From: Marsupella aquatica
Taxonomy: Eukaryota; Plantae; Marchantiophyta
Direction of reading: 5' to 3'
Assembly (NCBI GenBank): GCA_973895155.1
Contig: OZ316892.1
Location: 6,252,847-6,316,846 of the forward strand
DNA length: 64,000 nucleotides
The notes beneath the pieces are model-generated. The model had not been told where the DNA came from. It did no database searches and was given only the letters and a program-made list of their open reading frames with translations. Every line of letters starts with the position of its first letter. The stretch's first letter is position 1. Shown piece by piece: positions 10,964-23,300 of this stretch. The position numbers and the translations under genes are program-made.

Positions 10964-13900
10964 TAGGAGGGTAGGTTGCCCTCCACCTCACACATAGAGA
11001 TTGCTCTTTTATGGAACTAAAATTGTGCCTTGTAAAAAGTCAATAGAAGATCATGCCCAGGGCAAAAATAGATCAACTATAACAACAATAGGTCACATAC
11101 ACAGATGTATAGCGGATCAGCTTGTCGATGATGGACTGCACCCTGTCAGTATCCCCACCCGATGCACAAATCGCAATGTACTGCAATTGTCCTCTGTCCA
11201 GATTTCTTGCAATTGGTTCATATCAGTCATCCACGGTGTTTGGCGAGGGTAGGTCGGTAACCCTCCCACACGCCCAAACACGTTAGTTTTGGCGTGCAGG
11301 AGCTGCTTCTGCAAAGACCAATTTCCAGGGTCTTAAGTTTTCAGGGTTTGGTCCGGATTGAAAAACTGGTTTCACAAGCAGGTAACTTTAAAGTCATCCC
11401 TAGCTGGGCGACCGGTGGAAACGCTCTAAGGACTTGCTCTGCCAATCTCACTTCACACGGAGATTCTCAGGATCTGCATCCCAACAGGAGGATCTGCATC
11501 CCAACAGGAATTTGTAGGATTGCCTTAAGGGTAGACCAAACAGATCAAGGCCACGACGCAGGGATGCATTGTCTTGTTGGCTTAAGCCCCACCAGCTCCT
11601 ATGCAAAACCTGGCGGATCCAGGTCACTACAGTAAGTCCAAAATGTTCTCAAGAAAAGAAAGAAAAAAATCTTCAGAAAAACCTTTGGCCGGTTTCATCT
11701 TGTTCCATTTGCAATTCATTGAATTGTTCCTTGAAGCTAAATTAGTCCTGGTTGTCTCAGGAGCCTCTCCATTCGCGATTCACACATTAACGAATTGGGA
11801 GAATACAAAGTGGTTTGGTTATCGTAACAGCAGCTCCTGTAACGGTGTGAGATATGATATTTGCAAATCAATGTCAGTCGTCTATCTGTGTGTGGACAAG
11901 GATGAATGACACTGAAAATGGGACAACACAGTCGAAACAAGAGAGAATCCCAAAAAAATGAATCGTGTATACGCTTAAACTGAGAAACCACAACTGGAAT
12001 CGATCACGGAAAACAACCAAAATATATCTATAACAATCCGAAGAGGGGCAAGTTCAATACAGAATTCGGTGTATCGAAATATATTTACTTGACCTAGCTC
12101 CATACGAATTTGCAACGGCCAAGATGTGCAGTCATGCTTAGGTTGGAGTAGCAGCACTATCATCGACAAGACTCGCAGGCAAAAAGGCTCTGTACGCATT
12201 AGTACTCTAAACCCAGGAAGGAAAATTCACTCGACAGATGAAATGCTGCAAGCAGTGCCGCATGAACCGTAAATGAGAGAAATTCTAAAAAGAATACCTA
12301 GGCTCCATGAATTCTCAACTCAAGGGTGACAATTAGAGCTACCTGCACTAAGAGGGTGGCTTGGATCGATTTCACCACATCACTCTCAACAAATTTCTGC
12401 TACCTTTCTCTACAAGAACGATCCTCGGACGACAAGGATCGGGCCCCGAGAGTACGCATGCACTTTCCACTGTTCTCGAATTGAGTTTCAAGTCTGATGA
12501 GGGGTGACAACGGTCACTAGTGTAAAGTTGCTCCAGAATCAGTTGACCAGAATTCTCCAGATTTCTCTGCATTCTCTTTCAAATTCTCCATCGTAGGTAT
12601 ACGTCATAGGAACGGCTTCGAGGGGCCCACTGACTACCGCTCGCTTTCTGGCCTCCACTCCTGAAGCTCACGCTGTGTTGCGTCTAACTTCTAAAACTGA
12701 TGACATTGTGATGCACGGAAGCTAGCGAGGGGCAGCAGGATCCCTTACTCCATCAGCCTTCCTAGATTGACTGAAGACAAGATTGCAAGTCATTGATTTG
12801 GAGGGCAAAATTCACATCATTTTCGAAATGGCTGTGGCATTTTGTAGGTTGTATTATAATACGAAAACCCAACTGGTTTACTACGTCGTCTGATAAACTA
12901 TCGCCTTTCCACATTCTCTTCCTCGAATTTGGCACGGTGCCCTGCATCGTTGCTGAATACAATTTTGGTAAAATATTGTATTGTTCAGGCAATATATGTC
13001 CGCAGGGGCCTGCAGACGATCCTTGTCTACGTCCTCTTCATTTGTGCATATCGTGCAGACACAACCCCCAATCGTTTTGCACATTCTGCTAGCAACTCAA
13101 AGAGTGCTCAAATCTATCAAACAGGTAGCAAATGCTCTTTTGATCGCGACTAAAAACTTTTGCTTCCTCCTTCAAGGCTCGCCCACTATTTTTTCGACCA
13201 TGCGCCATTGTGGACAGGCATTGTGGACAGGTTATACGCAGCATCCCCGTCAACATCGATACATACTCTACGAATCGGACTCAAAATGCAAGTTCAGGAT
13301 AGCCAAAAGACGACATGGACATTTTGAGGTCAAACCTCTACTCGCTTGGAAGCACGAAACACTTTAGAAGGCGAAGCATGGTACTAAACTGAGGTCAAAA
13401 TGAGTCACCGACATAAAAGTTTGAACTAAAGCTGTCGCACTAGATTAGTCAAAGGGTCCCTCGCGACCCTACCAAATCAATATTCACATGCGTCGTATGT
13501 ACGACATCAACAAAGGTACCCCGTCTGGAAAATTAGACAACTCAGCGATTGGTGGTCTTTTCAAGGCTAGTATGCAAAGCCTGTAGTCGAATCCTAAACT
13601 GTGAAACTAGAAGGGCAACCCAACGCGCCTTACGGACATTTCCTATTCTGGACATATCAACTTCTTCACAGTGATGATTCCTGCAAAGAAGCGAAGACCA
13701 ACTCGGTTCCCATTCAAACGTATCATATCGTCACTGCCCATTGATCCACGAGATCACCCAACTAAAGCTCACAGCATGTCGCTCTCTCTCACTCACTCAC
13801 TCGTCTCCTCACTATCGCCTACATCTCTCCCAATCCAGCTTTTCTCTACAAAATCGCCTCCAAACGGGGCTCACTGATTTCCGCACCAAGTCATCAAGTA

Positions 13901-14461
13901 GACAAAGAGTACCATCATACACGATAAAATCTCCCACATTTTGTAGGGCTCGTCTACGATCGTGACGGATTTATCGGTTAGATGCTCCTCGCCTGGAGCT
14001 CTGACCTGATACCCTACGTGCCTCGATCACCAGAGAGAAATATTCCAACGAAGGTAGGTATCTGTCTCTTCTTCTGCTCAATTAGTTCTACTCCTCTAAT
14101 GGAGACACTTCCCTGCACGTTCCGCTGAACTGATCACAATCTTCCCTGTATGCCCGAGCAGCCCTCTGCTCCTGCCCACTGGCCGCGCTGAAGTATCGGT
14201 GTCCTCAACAGATACCAATCCACGACTATCTGTCTGGTTCTCTCCACGCTTCCGAGTCCCAGGCCCTCGTCCTCTGGGATTTCTGATGCGCTGGAACGCA
14301 GATGCAGTACAAGGGATCCACTACCTTTCTCGCTTCTTCCCCTGGAGCAATAACCAAAGAGATCCGGCCGTCCCGACTACCAAGCTGCTAATGTGCCAGA
14401 ACGCAACCTAGTGCAAGAGAAGGCACTCAATTCTTCTCTCACTGCTCCCCTCCAAGCAACA

Positions 14462-15210
14462 TCCAAAGAGCTCTATATCGACCACACACTCAGGCATCGA
14501 CCAGTTTCCTCCAAGTCCTCGAGATGGATGGAATGCCCAAAACTGTAGACACACCTCCTCGATCCTCAACGGGTAACACAACTTTCCTGCCTCCCCAATC
14601 TCCACGATTTCTGCACTCCGGACCGACAGAACGACCGACAGAACGACCGACAGAACGACCGACGAGTCGGCAGAATTTTTTAGAAGAGTTCGATATCGAT
14701 CACAAACTCAGGCATCGACGAGTTTCCTCCAAGTCCCAGAGATGGATGAAAAGAATGCCCGAAACTGGAGACAGACCTCCTCGATACTCAACGAGTCACA
14801 CAGCTTTCCTACCTTCCCAGTCTCCACGATTTCTGTACTCCCGACGGACAGAAGGCAGAATTTCTAGAAAGAGTTCTCACACACTCAGGCCTCGACGAGT
14901 TTTCTCCAAGTTCCAGAGATGGGATGGATAGAATTCCCGAAACTGGAGCCGAAACTGGACACTGTTCTCCTCGATCCTCAACGGGTCACACAGCTTTCCT
15001 GCCTCCCCAGTCTCCACGATTTCTGTACTCCGGACGGACAGAGCGACCGACGAGTCGGCAGATCGTTTTCAGAAGAGCTCGATATCGACGAGTCGGCAGA
15101 ATGTTTTCAGAAGAGCTCGATATCGACGAGTCGGCAGAACGTTTTCAGAAGAGCTCGATATCGACGAGTCGGCAGAATGTTTTCAGAAGAGCTCGACATC
15201 GATCACACAC
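14462..15210. repeat. Nested tandem repeat: three ~220-bp units containing 12-bp and 38-bp sub-arrays
   Basis: Unit markers cacactcaggcatcgac, cctcgatcctcaacggg and tctccacgatttctg recur three times; gaccgacagaac x3; gaagagctcgatatcgacgagtcggcagaatgttttca about x4. Confidence 0.9.
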
Positions 15211-15874
15211 TCCATCGGCGAAAAGGAAGGAAGCAAATGGGGGCAACACGAAAAGATATTTATCTCCGAGCTTGTCGTGAGCAAAACGGGAATGGTGCAA
15301 AGCGGCAAAGCGGCAATGTGGGAATGAGAGACAGAGCGAGAGGACGGAAGCTTTTTCGGACCTCGACTTCTCAACGATAAACAGTTGTGACAATGTCCGC
15401 TTTCCGCGCGGATTCTTTTTCCCCTTCCAATTTCAAACCTGCCATAGCCGCATCGGCTCTTTCGGCCCCCGCCTGGCCCACTACTAAACTCCTTTTTATA
15501 ATTACTACCCCTATTACCTCTTGTTTATAATTATTACCCATATTACCCGAGGGATTTGTTTGATTAACCACCAAAATGAAAGTTGTTGCTTGAACTACCC
15601 CTGAGTTCTATCAACTGTCCAGATCTGATATAGAAAAATCCATCACCAATCCAGATTTAAAAATATATATAGAGGGAGTTGATTAAACAAATTTTTTCCA
15701 GAAAGAGGTCTACTAAGCCTATCTCCTTCCTTGAAAAGTAAAGAGACATGAAAACACAAAAAGTATATTTGAAATAAAAATAATTCTATATTGTTTCTCC
15801 TTCCATCCTTGTTTTTTGTTCACCCTTGTTTTGTATCTGTTTAGAGTCAATGTAACGGTTTGGTAATATATTTG

Positions 15875-16593
15875 AATTAGTTCATGGACCCCCACCTGTT
15901 TTTATTCGATTAGTGGACTACTACGTTGAGCTTCAGTGATCTGCTAGAGTAGTTGAGGTCGATCAGTCCTTATCGATCTTCTCAATGTCCTTATCGATTC
16001 TCTTTGCTTCTCCTTCTTTCTGCTCGATCTATTTGTTTCTGATTAAGATGTGCTGCACCTCTTTTCTATCCTCGATCAGTTCTCATTTTTCCTTTCTTCA
16101 TTCGGCTTCTGATCTTTTTTTATTTTGTTTCTCCAACATTCCTCTTTACTTTGCACTTCAAGAGGCAAAACTCCTTTCGAGCTTTCCTCTTTTCATTACT
16201 TTCATCAAAAGCCTTCCTCCCTTTCGAAATGTTGATGTGCTTCTTTTGTTCCGACGGTTTTATTTCGGCAGTTACACAGGAATACGGTTATTGTTTACGT
16301 TGAACACTATTTACTTTTATAAAAAAACATTTATAAATTTAAGTAAAGAGAATATGGGTGAATGTTTTTAATCTCGCCCTTTGTATCAATAGATTTGGAT
16401 GAACTTTTATTTACTTTTACATTATGTTTTGACGGCATGGCGTCCATAAAATTACACGAAAAGTGACGTAAACAAGATGGAGAGGAGTTTATTCGTTGCG
16501 CAAACATGACCATTCTTGTTTGTTGCGGTTGTTGCTGACGTGGCATGCTGTGGTGCCAGGAATTTTGGAAGGAACCTCTAGTGGGGTCCGTAA
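15875..16593. mobile_element. Non-autonomous TIR-like element, copy A
   Basis: Ends tagttcatggacccc ... ggggtccgtaaata form imperfect inverted repeats. Both ends recur, inverted, in 17028-17870. Confidence 0.55.
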
Positions 16594-17027
16594 ATAAAAA
16601 CAATTCTATATTATTTCTCTTCCATCCTTGTTTTTTGTTCACTCTGGTTTCATTTTTGTCTTTATTTAGAGTCAATTGTAACACTTTGGTTCATCTTTGC
16701 TCCCGATCCCTAATTTTTGTCCTCCGCTATACTCTTTTTTATAATTACTAGCCCTGTTACCAATTACTAGCCCTGTTACCAATTACTAACCCTGTTACCC
16801 CTTCCTTGAAAGTAAGGAGACATGAAGACACAAACAAACAAATTGAAATAAAAGAATTATATATTATTTCTCCTTCATATTTGCCCCATCCTTGTTTTTT
16901 GTCACCCTTATTTCAGTTTTGTCTTTATCTAGAGTCAATGTAACACTTCGGTTCATCTTTGCATAGTGCAAACAACAAAATGCTCCATACCTTGGGACAC
17001 GTCTTTTACTATCCTATCTCCCCAACT

Positions 17028-17870
17028 ATGTTTACAGACCCCACTAGAGGTCCCTTCCAAAATTCCTGGCACCACATCGTGTCATGTCAACAACAACCGT
17101 AACAAACAAGACTTGTCGGTTTTGTGAATCAAACTTATAGTTTTCATTTGTGTTTGTGTCAATTTGGGTGTAAATTTTGGGACGTTATGCCGTAAAAAGA
17201 AAAGTAAAAACATTGAAAATACAAAGAGCAAGACGGTTAAAACTTTCACTATGTAACCATTTTAGTTATATTTTCAATTTTAAAACTTAAATTCAAAGAT
17301 TTATAAAAAGTATTTTTCATATAATAAATAATGACTAATAACTAACTTCATAACTTCCTTGTTAAACCGCAACTCCCGGTATGTAAGGACCTCTCTTATT
17401 GTACGGCCATTAATGCTAGGAAGAGCACATAGAAACCCAGGATCAGGGAGGAGGAATGGCTGGAATCTTGAAAGTTTATCTAATTTTATACTCAAAACTA
17501 TTTACTCATTCTCAAAACAAAAAATACTCAGTCGTAGATCTCATTGAGATCTTTCTTTTGCACCCTAGATCGTCTTCTAACATGGATGAATAAGATTTCT
17601 AGAAGCATTACAAAATGGACGGTAAAGATCGTAAAATCAACAAAATCGACGGCTAGGAAGGCTTGGATTTGTTTAATTTTTCATTTCAAAAATATTAACC
17701 CATTTGCAAAACGGACAGAACCCATCCATAGATCTATTTGAGATCTTTCTTTTGAGCCATAGATTGACCATTATGATGGACGAACGAGATTTCTGGAGAT
17801 AAGAAATGGAGACGATTCAGATCGACTCTTCCTCCTGATTTTATTAGCCAAGGGGTCCACGAACTAATTT
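17028..17870. mobile_element. Non-autonomous TIR-like element, copy B (inverted relative to A)
   Basis: 17030-17110 is the reverse complement of 16510-16592, and 17851-17870 is the reverse complement of ~15875-15892. Confidence 0.55.
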
Positions 17871-20360
17871 ATATAACATAGTACAAAGGACAAAAGGCTC
17901 CATAATACTTTGCGACACATCTATTACTATATTATCTCCCAAGCTAAATTGGTGGAGGGTCTGATTAGAAAATAATACACTTGAACCATACACTTACAAT
18001 TACTCACTTGCAATGTGGTTTGACTCATGGCAGGGTACGTCCACTTTAATGAAACCAGCCATAGCTGTGTGTTTGCAAGTGTGTCGGCTCTTTCGTACCC
18101 CAGTATTGTACTCTACTTCATAACTATGCATCAGATTTTACTATCCTATCTCCCCAACCATATACCGGGACCCTGACTGAAGGGGTTGGTCACAGAGGCC
18201 AAACCATTACTCCCTTACTCCCCTACTAGTATGGACCAAAGCAGGGCCATAAGCAAGGTCTTATGGCTGCAACTTTTTGGGCGTCTGACCTTTACAAGAC
18301 ATGTACATAAGTAGCCCATAATGTATTTGTCCTGACCATAAAATCATTTTATGTCCTTGGTGTACTTCTCTCTCTTCTGACGTGCCATACAAAATACATG
18401 CCCAAGTTTTGAGGGACTAATTTTGCCCATAACACTCTGAAAAGGATCTTAATACACTTCAAAACCTAAGAGAATCTCATTTTTACTAACATCAGAAAAA
18501 GTATAGGAGAATCTTCCCAAAGAGTTGATGAGTGCACTCCATCATCATATTGCCCACTCTTTTTTAATTTTTATTTGATCTGGCACATTTCACAATAATT
18601 TTATTGTTTAGTGTCTATATTGACTACACATTTTGTCAGCACATTTCAGTGGCATTATAGTGTGCTCAAGTTCGAACAAGTTATCGTTGATCCCTCGCAA
18701 TGGGTGCTAGTTTGCCTCCTCGTAGGCTTGCCCCCTAGAGTACATTTCTGTCTCATGTGCAGATTTAGTTAGTCACTAGATGTGGACCATTAGCTCTTTC
18801 CACATTTGCTATAGTTCAGGACCTTTCCACATATGAAATGTTACCTAATTTTTTTCATTTTTTCCTTTTTTTCCTTTTTTCCTTTTTTCAGGGTTGCACT
18901 TGCTTCGTCATCTTGTTTGGTATTTGTCCTCTCTGGATCTCTTTTGCTTTCCCTTCCTAATACTTTGTTTTCCACTTTTGACTAAATATTTGTGTGTTAA
19001 CTCCATGTGTCACTTTTGACTAAACTTTGTGTGTTTACTCCATTTGTCATCCGTGCAATTTAAGAGAGTTGATCCGGAGCACCACGTTTATCACGATTTA
19101 AAGAGCCACCACTAAAAGTGCAAGCTCATTTGATTCCATGACAAATCCCCACGTTTGACAAGCGGTTGGACCGACCAAGAAATCTTTTTATAATAAAAAA
19201 TATTGGGCTTTTAAGGGAATAAAAGTAAACAGGATGGATTATAAGGGTCGATAAACAATATGGATGGATCATCGAATCCTGGATGGCTTTGATCTCAAAA
19301 ACTATATTTTAATTGTATCAATGCATGGGTTTGGGTCTCAAAAGCATCTTCAGAAGGTCCATTCTAGTTGCATGGTTACACATGGTGGTCTATCTTAGAA
19401 TCGTAAAGTTTTGTGTGATTTAAATGAATTGTTGTTTTAGATGGTCCATATAAATTTAAATTTGTGTGATTTAAATAAAAGTTATTATTGTTGATAATTT
19501 AAATTCGTTGACATCATTACATTTCATTGGCTCCTTATTATTCAAATCAGATTTTGAGGAACTATAAGCTCATACACATTACAAGCCAATATGGGTTATT
19601 GTATAATCACATACTTTACACAATCAACCTTATTAAAACTTTGCACCTTTAAATACACAAACCAATGAATATAGATACAACACAGAGGCCTCTGTAGACG
19701 TAAACGAACAAGTCTCAGGATCTCATACATCCTACGGTTGGTCCTAAATGCTCCCATTATCTTTGTGGGGCCTTCACTGCTTGTGGGGCGGTTGTGCCTC
19801 GGACAGGTTGCTTGGGGTAGCAACCCTTGACTAGTCCTGATCAGTAGAGGTCATGCAAAAAACCTTTTTGGAGAGTCCGGCATCTCCTATTTGGCCTGCA
19901 ATTCTGTCTCTCACTGAATGGGAAACAAGGTTTAGTTTCCTGGCAATGTATGAGGGGAGAGACTAGAGGCAAAACTCACTCTTGCTGTTGGGGTGGTCAC
20001 AAAACATGCCTCACCTTCATTTCCGCTAGACAAACACAAGGGAGTACCTGATGTTTCTGCCTAGGACTCCCATGGGGCGCAGCACAACTAGCCTGAGTTT
20101 TTCAGAATTCTCATTTTTTAGGGAGACTTTGCAATAACTGGCCTTTTGGCCTGAAAAAGTGCTTTCATAAGTGCTATTCACCACTAGAGTTCACAGAAAA
20201 CTCTGGTCTAGTTACAGCTCTTGCTCCGAAGTAGAATCTGGTGCTGAAACTCTGGATTGGATGTTCTCTTATTTTCACGGACACCTAGGGTATGAAGGCA
20301 AATTTTGTAACAAGTGGGCAGCTGTCATGATGTCTAGGGTTATCAGATATGAAAGGATCT

Positions 20361-23300
20361 CTAGAGTAACAGATCTGCAAGAGGATTTACGAAGTAATGT
20401 TTGACCAAACTGGTATTCCCAAGGTTAGCGTGTCCTGTAAGGGCACGGAGAAGTCTAGGGGGCGCCGCACAGGCAGGTCCTGGAAGTGATCGGACCACCA
20501 AATGGCCATCAAGCTCTAGGATCTGAATCAGTTGGCGCACACTCTGCACGTACAGGCAAACACATGCATTTTGAGTATTTTCCACCAGGGCACAACTGAA
20601 CAATCAGGACAATACTATAAGGCCATCATCCTTGAAGAGAAAACAGAAACAAGATCCTACCTCACGGTATGAATAGCCTTACTATGGAAAATTTGAAAAC
20701 ACTTGACATGAGTCACAATCTAGCCGATATCATTAGCCGCACCCCTGACGAGAAAGGACATACAAGATCCCCTACCTGGGGATTGAGAACTTTGACTTGC
20801 TCCAGAAGAGTATCCTGTGAAACACAAGTTCGTAGACTGTTAGAAAACATGGTTCATAATGTTGGACATGCACTTGGCATATTAGTCTGCGTTTGAGCCT
20901 TGTACTTACCACCTTGACCGTGGTACTTTTATGATGGGTTGTAATTATCATAAGTGTGATCCAAATTCTGGAAGTGACTTCCTTATAAACAACTACTGTG
21001 ATTTTATAATACTTGCAAGGGGAATGAGGTAAAACGGGGCCAATCAAGTTCGCTTTCTATGCTTCGCATCATATGGGCTTCAATAGACAAGGGGGAATCC
21101 TCAATGATTTACCTCTGAAATTCCAGGATGTATTGTAATAATACCCATCACCCGCCGAATGAGACCCTGCAACATGGGCTTATTAACTGTACCATTTTGA
21201 CTCAGCCAGGGAACAATGGTAACATATTCATTGTTGACGTCTCTGCGTCTATCTGGCTTCAAAGAAATAATTCGATGGTCACCACCATTTGCAGTGACCA
21301 CACCAGTTGTCATAGAACTTCCCATTAACAGCTGTGACGCCAGATCTGATGATTTTCCTATAATCTCCGTAACATACTTTGAAATCGTCCCACTTGTATC
21401 ACTGACCGTATGACATCCTCCCACTGCCATATCCTTACTCTGAGAAACACAGATAAGCTGTTTGCCAGAATCAGTCATGTCCTCCCCGAAGGATTGTTGG
21501 GCATTTTCATAATCATCTTCATGTGATATGTGGAGATACAAGCGAGCACATTTTGAAGCTTCGAAAACGCAGATGTGATCATATGCATTCACCTGTGACA
21601 ACCACCAATTTCTCACTTAGAAGTGTGTAAATGGATAGACCCGTCACAGAGTCTTGATTAGACCAAGCGTCGCAAATTGACAAGAACGTCACACCTTCCC
21701 CTTATACCATTTCAGTGAGAACTGACACCTACGTGTAGGTTTCAAAATGTTACAAACTGCTGGGCAAGCTTCAAAATTTACCCTCTTCAGTAGCCCAAAA
21801 GATTCCAGAGCTTGCACATAGGTGTCGGCCGTTTCAAGTTCATTGTTCGCGTCCATTCCTAAAAAGACAACCAATACATGACATCAGTAACTCTGAAAAT
21901 ATATACCCAGCTCGAGAGAAAATATATACCCAGCTCTGTCATCGAAATTCAATGCAGCTTGAGTGAACACTCTCGGAAGAAAATATCATAAAGATAGCTG
22001 GCCATGAAAGGCGAACCGTAAAATATGCTGGGGGAGAGGAAGATATAAACATACCGGCCAATTGTAGATAATCCGATAGCTCCTTCAAGACTAAGCCCTC
22101 TTCGCCAGCTTGCCCTACAGCAGAGTACGTTGCACGAAGGAGATCCGGTGTAAGAAGAGCCCGTTTATAAACTCCTTCAGAATATTTCATACTATCCGAG
22201 CACCAGTGTAGGATGCATTCATCCATTGTTGAATGCCTTCTAGGACCACGAGAAGCTCTAAAACCTGCAACGAACCCTACTGAAAGATTTTGTGCATCCT
22301 TCCTCGAATTTAGTCCCCAATCTTGCCCTCCACAAGGAATTTCAGGTGATGAGTAAAGCTCTGTGGGCACATTGTCTGTCGCAGTCAAAGCTTCACCAAT
22401 TGCCGTTACAACGTGATCCTCGTTCACCTCCAACTCTGGAGTAGTTGCTGCAGACAGATCAACGACCTCAAAATTGTTGGCCATAGCCTCAAAGCTAGGA
22501 GGCTCTGGAACTGTGACTTCACTAACCCCTCCGGAGCCGCAGCCAAAATTATCTAGAACAGTGGCCAGGGACGTCTTTGACCGAATAATGGATACTTCGA
22601 TGCCTGGAAAGCCTCGCTCTCTCCGCAACTCAGGAGAAAACTGAGATCCAGTCCTTCCTTTCACATTTCGAACAAATTCCCTCAATTCATTTGTAGATGA
22701 CTTTCGCTTGCCTGAGATTTTGTCCTCCGCCTCTCCTATGTCAGTTGCCGGCAGCACAGGATTCAATAGAAAGTCCTTTGAGGAGACTATTGCAAGCAGA
22801 TGTGACAGCTGACCAGATTGCGGCTCTGACGGCAAAGTGACCCAATCCTGCTCCATTTCTTTCGAATGCGTATGGAACCACCGCTCAGTGATTAGGGACT
22901 CGTTCCCAGTTTCAACTGGAAAACGTGACACAGAACAATCATGAAAAAATTTAGGAGAAAGAACAAACGTTTGTCCACCTTGACCTGCCACCTGGAAGCA
23001 GGACGAATAGTTTTTTTGTCAGCCTGGACTGTTCAGCATATGCCGAACATCTCGAAAATACACTCACACAAGTAAATGGTGAGGAAAGCCAATGAACTGG
23101 CCCAACGATGCTCCTAGATTAGAGCTGCATAAAACTTCCTGCTTCATAACCAGAGACAAAATCCTCAAGGCTGTAACAACAATTGCACAAGAGAAAGTTC
23201 ACTCTACATCCATAACATAAGTAATGGGTATTGCTGGTCAGCTTTGGTAACATATACATATATTTGTGACACTTGCCACACTAATTTAGAGGAAAAAAGT

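Noticed and set aside
15043-15203. 38-bp repeats with a palindromic core resembling a CRISPR array
   Set aside because: Units are head-to-tail with no unique spacers, there are no cas genes, and the context is eukaryotic.
14524-15380. ORFs of 118-153 aa with PTER/EELDID repeats as genes
   Set aside because: All three frames are partly open because of the repeat; the 38-bp unit is not a multiple of 3; no recognisable domain.
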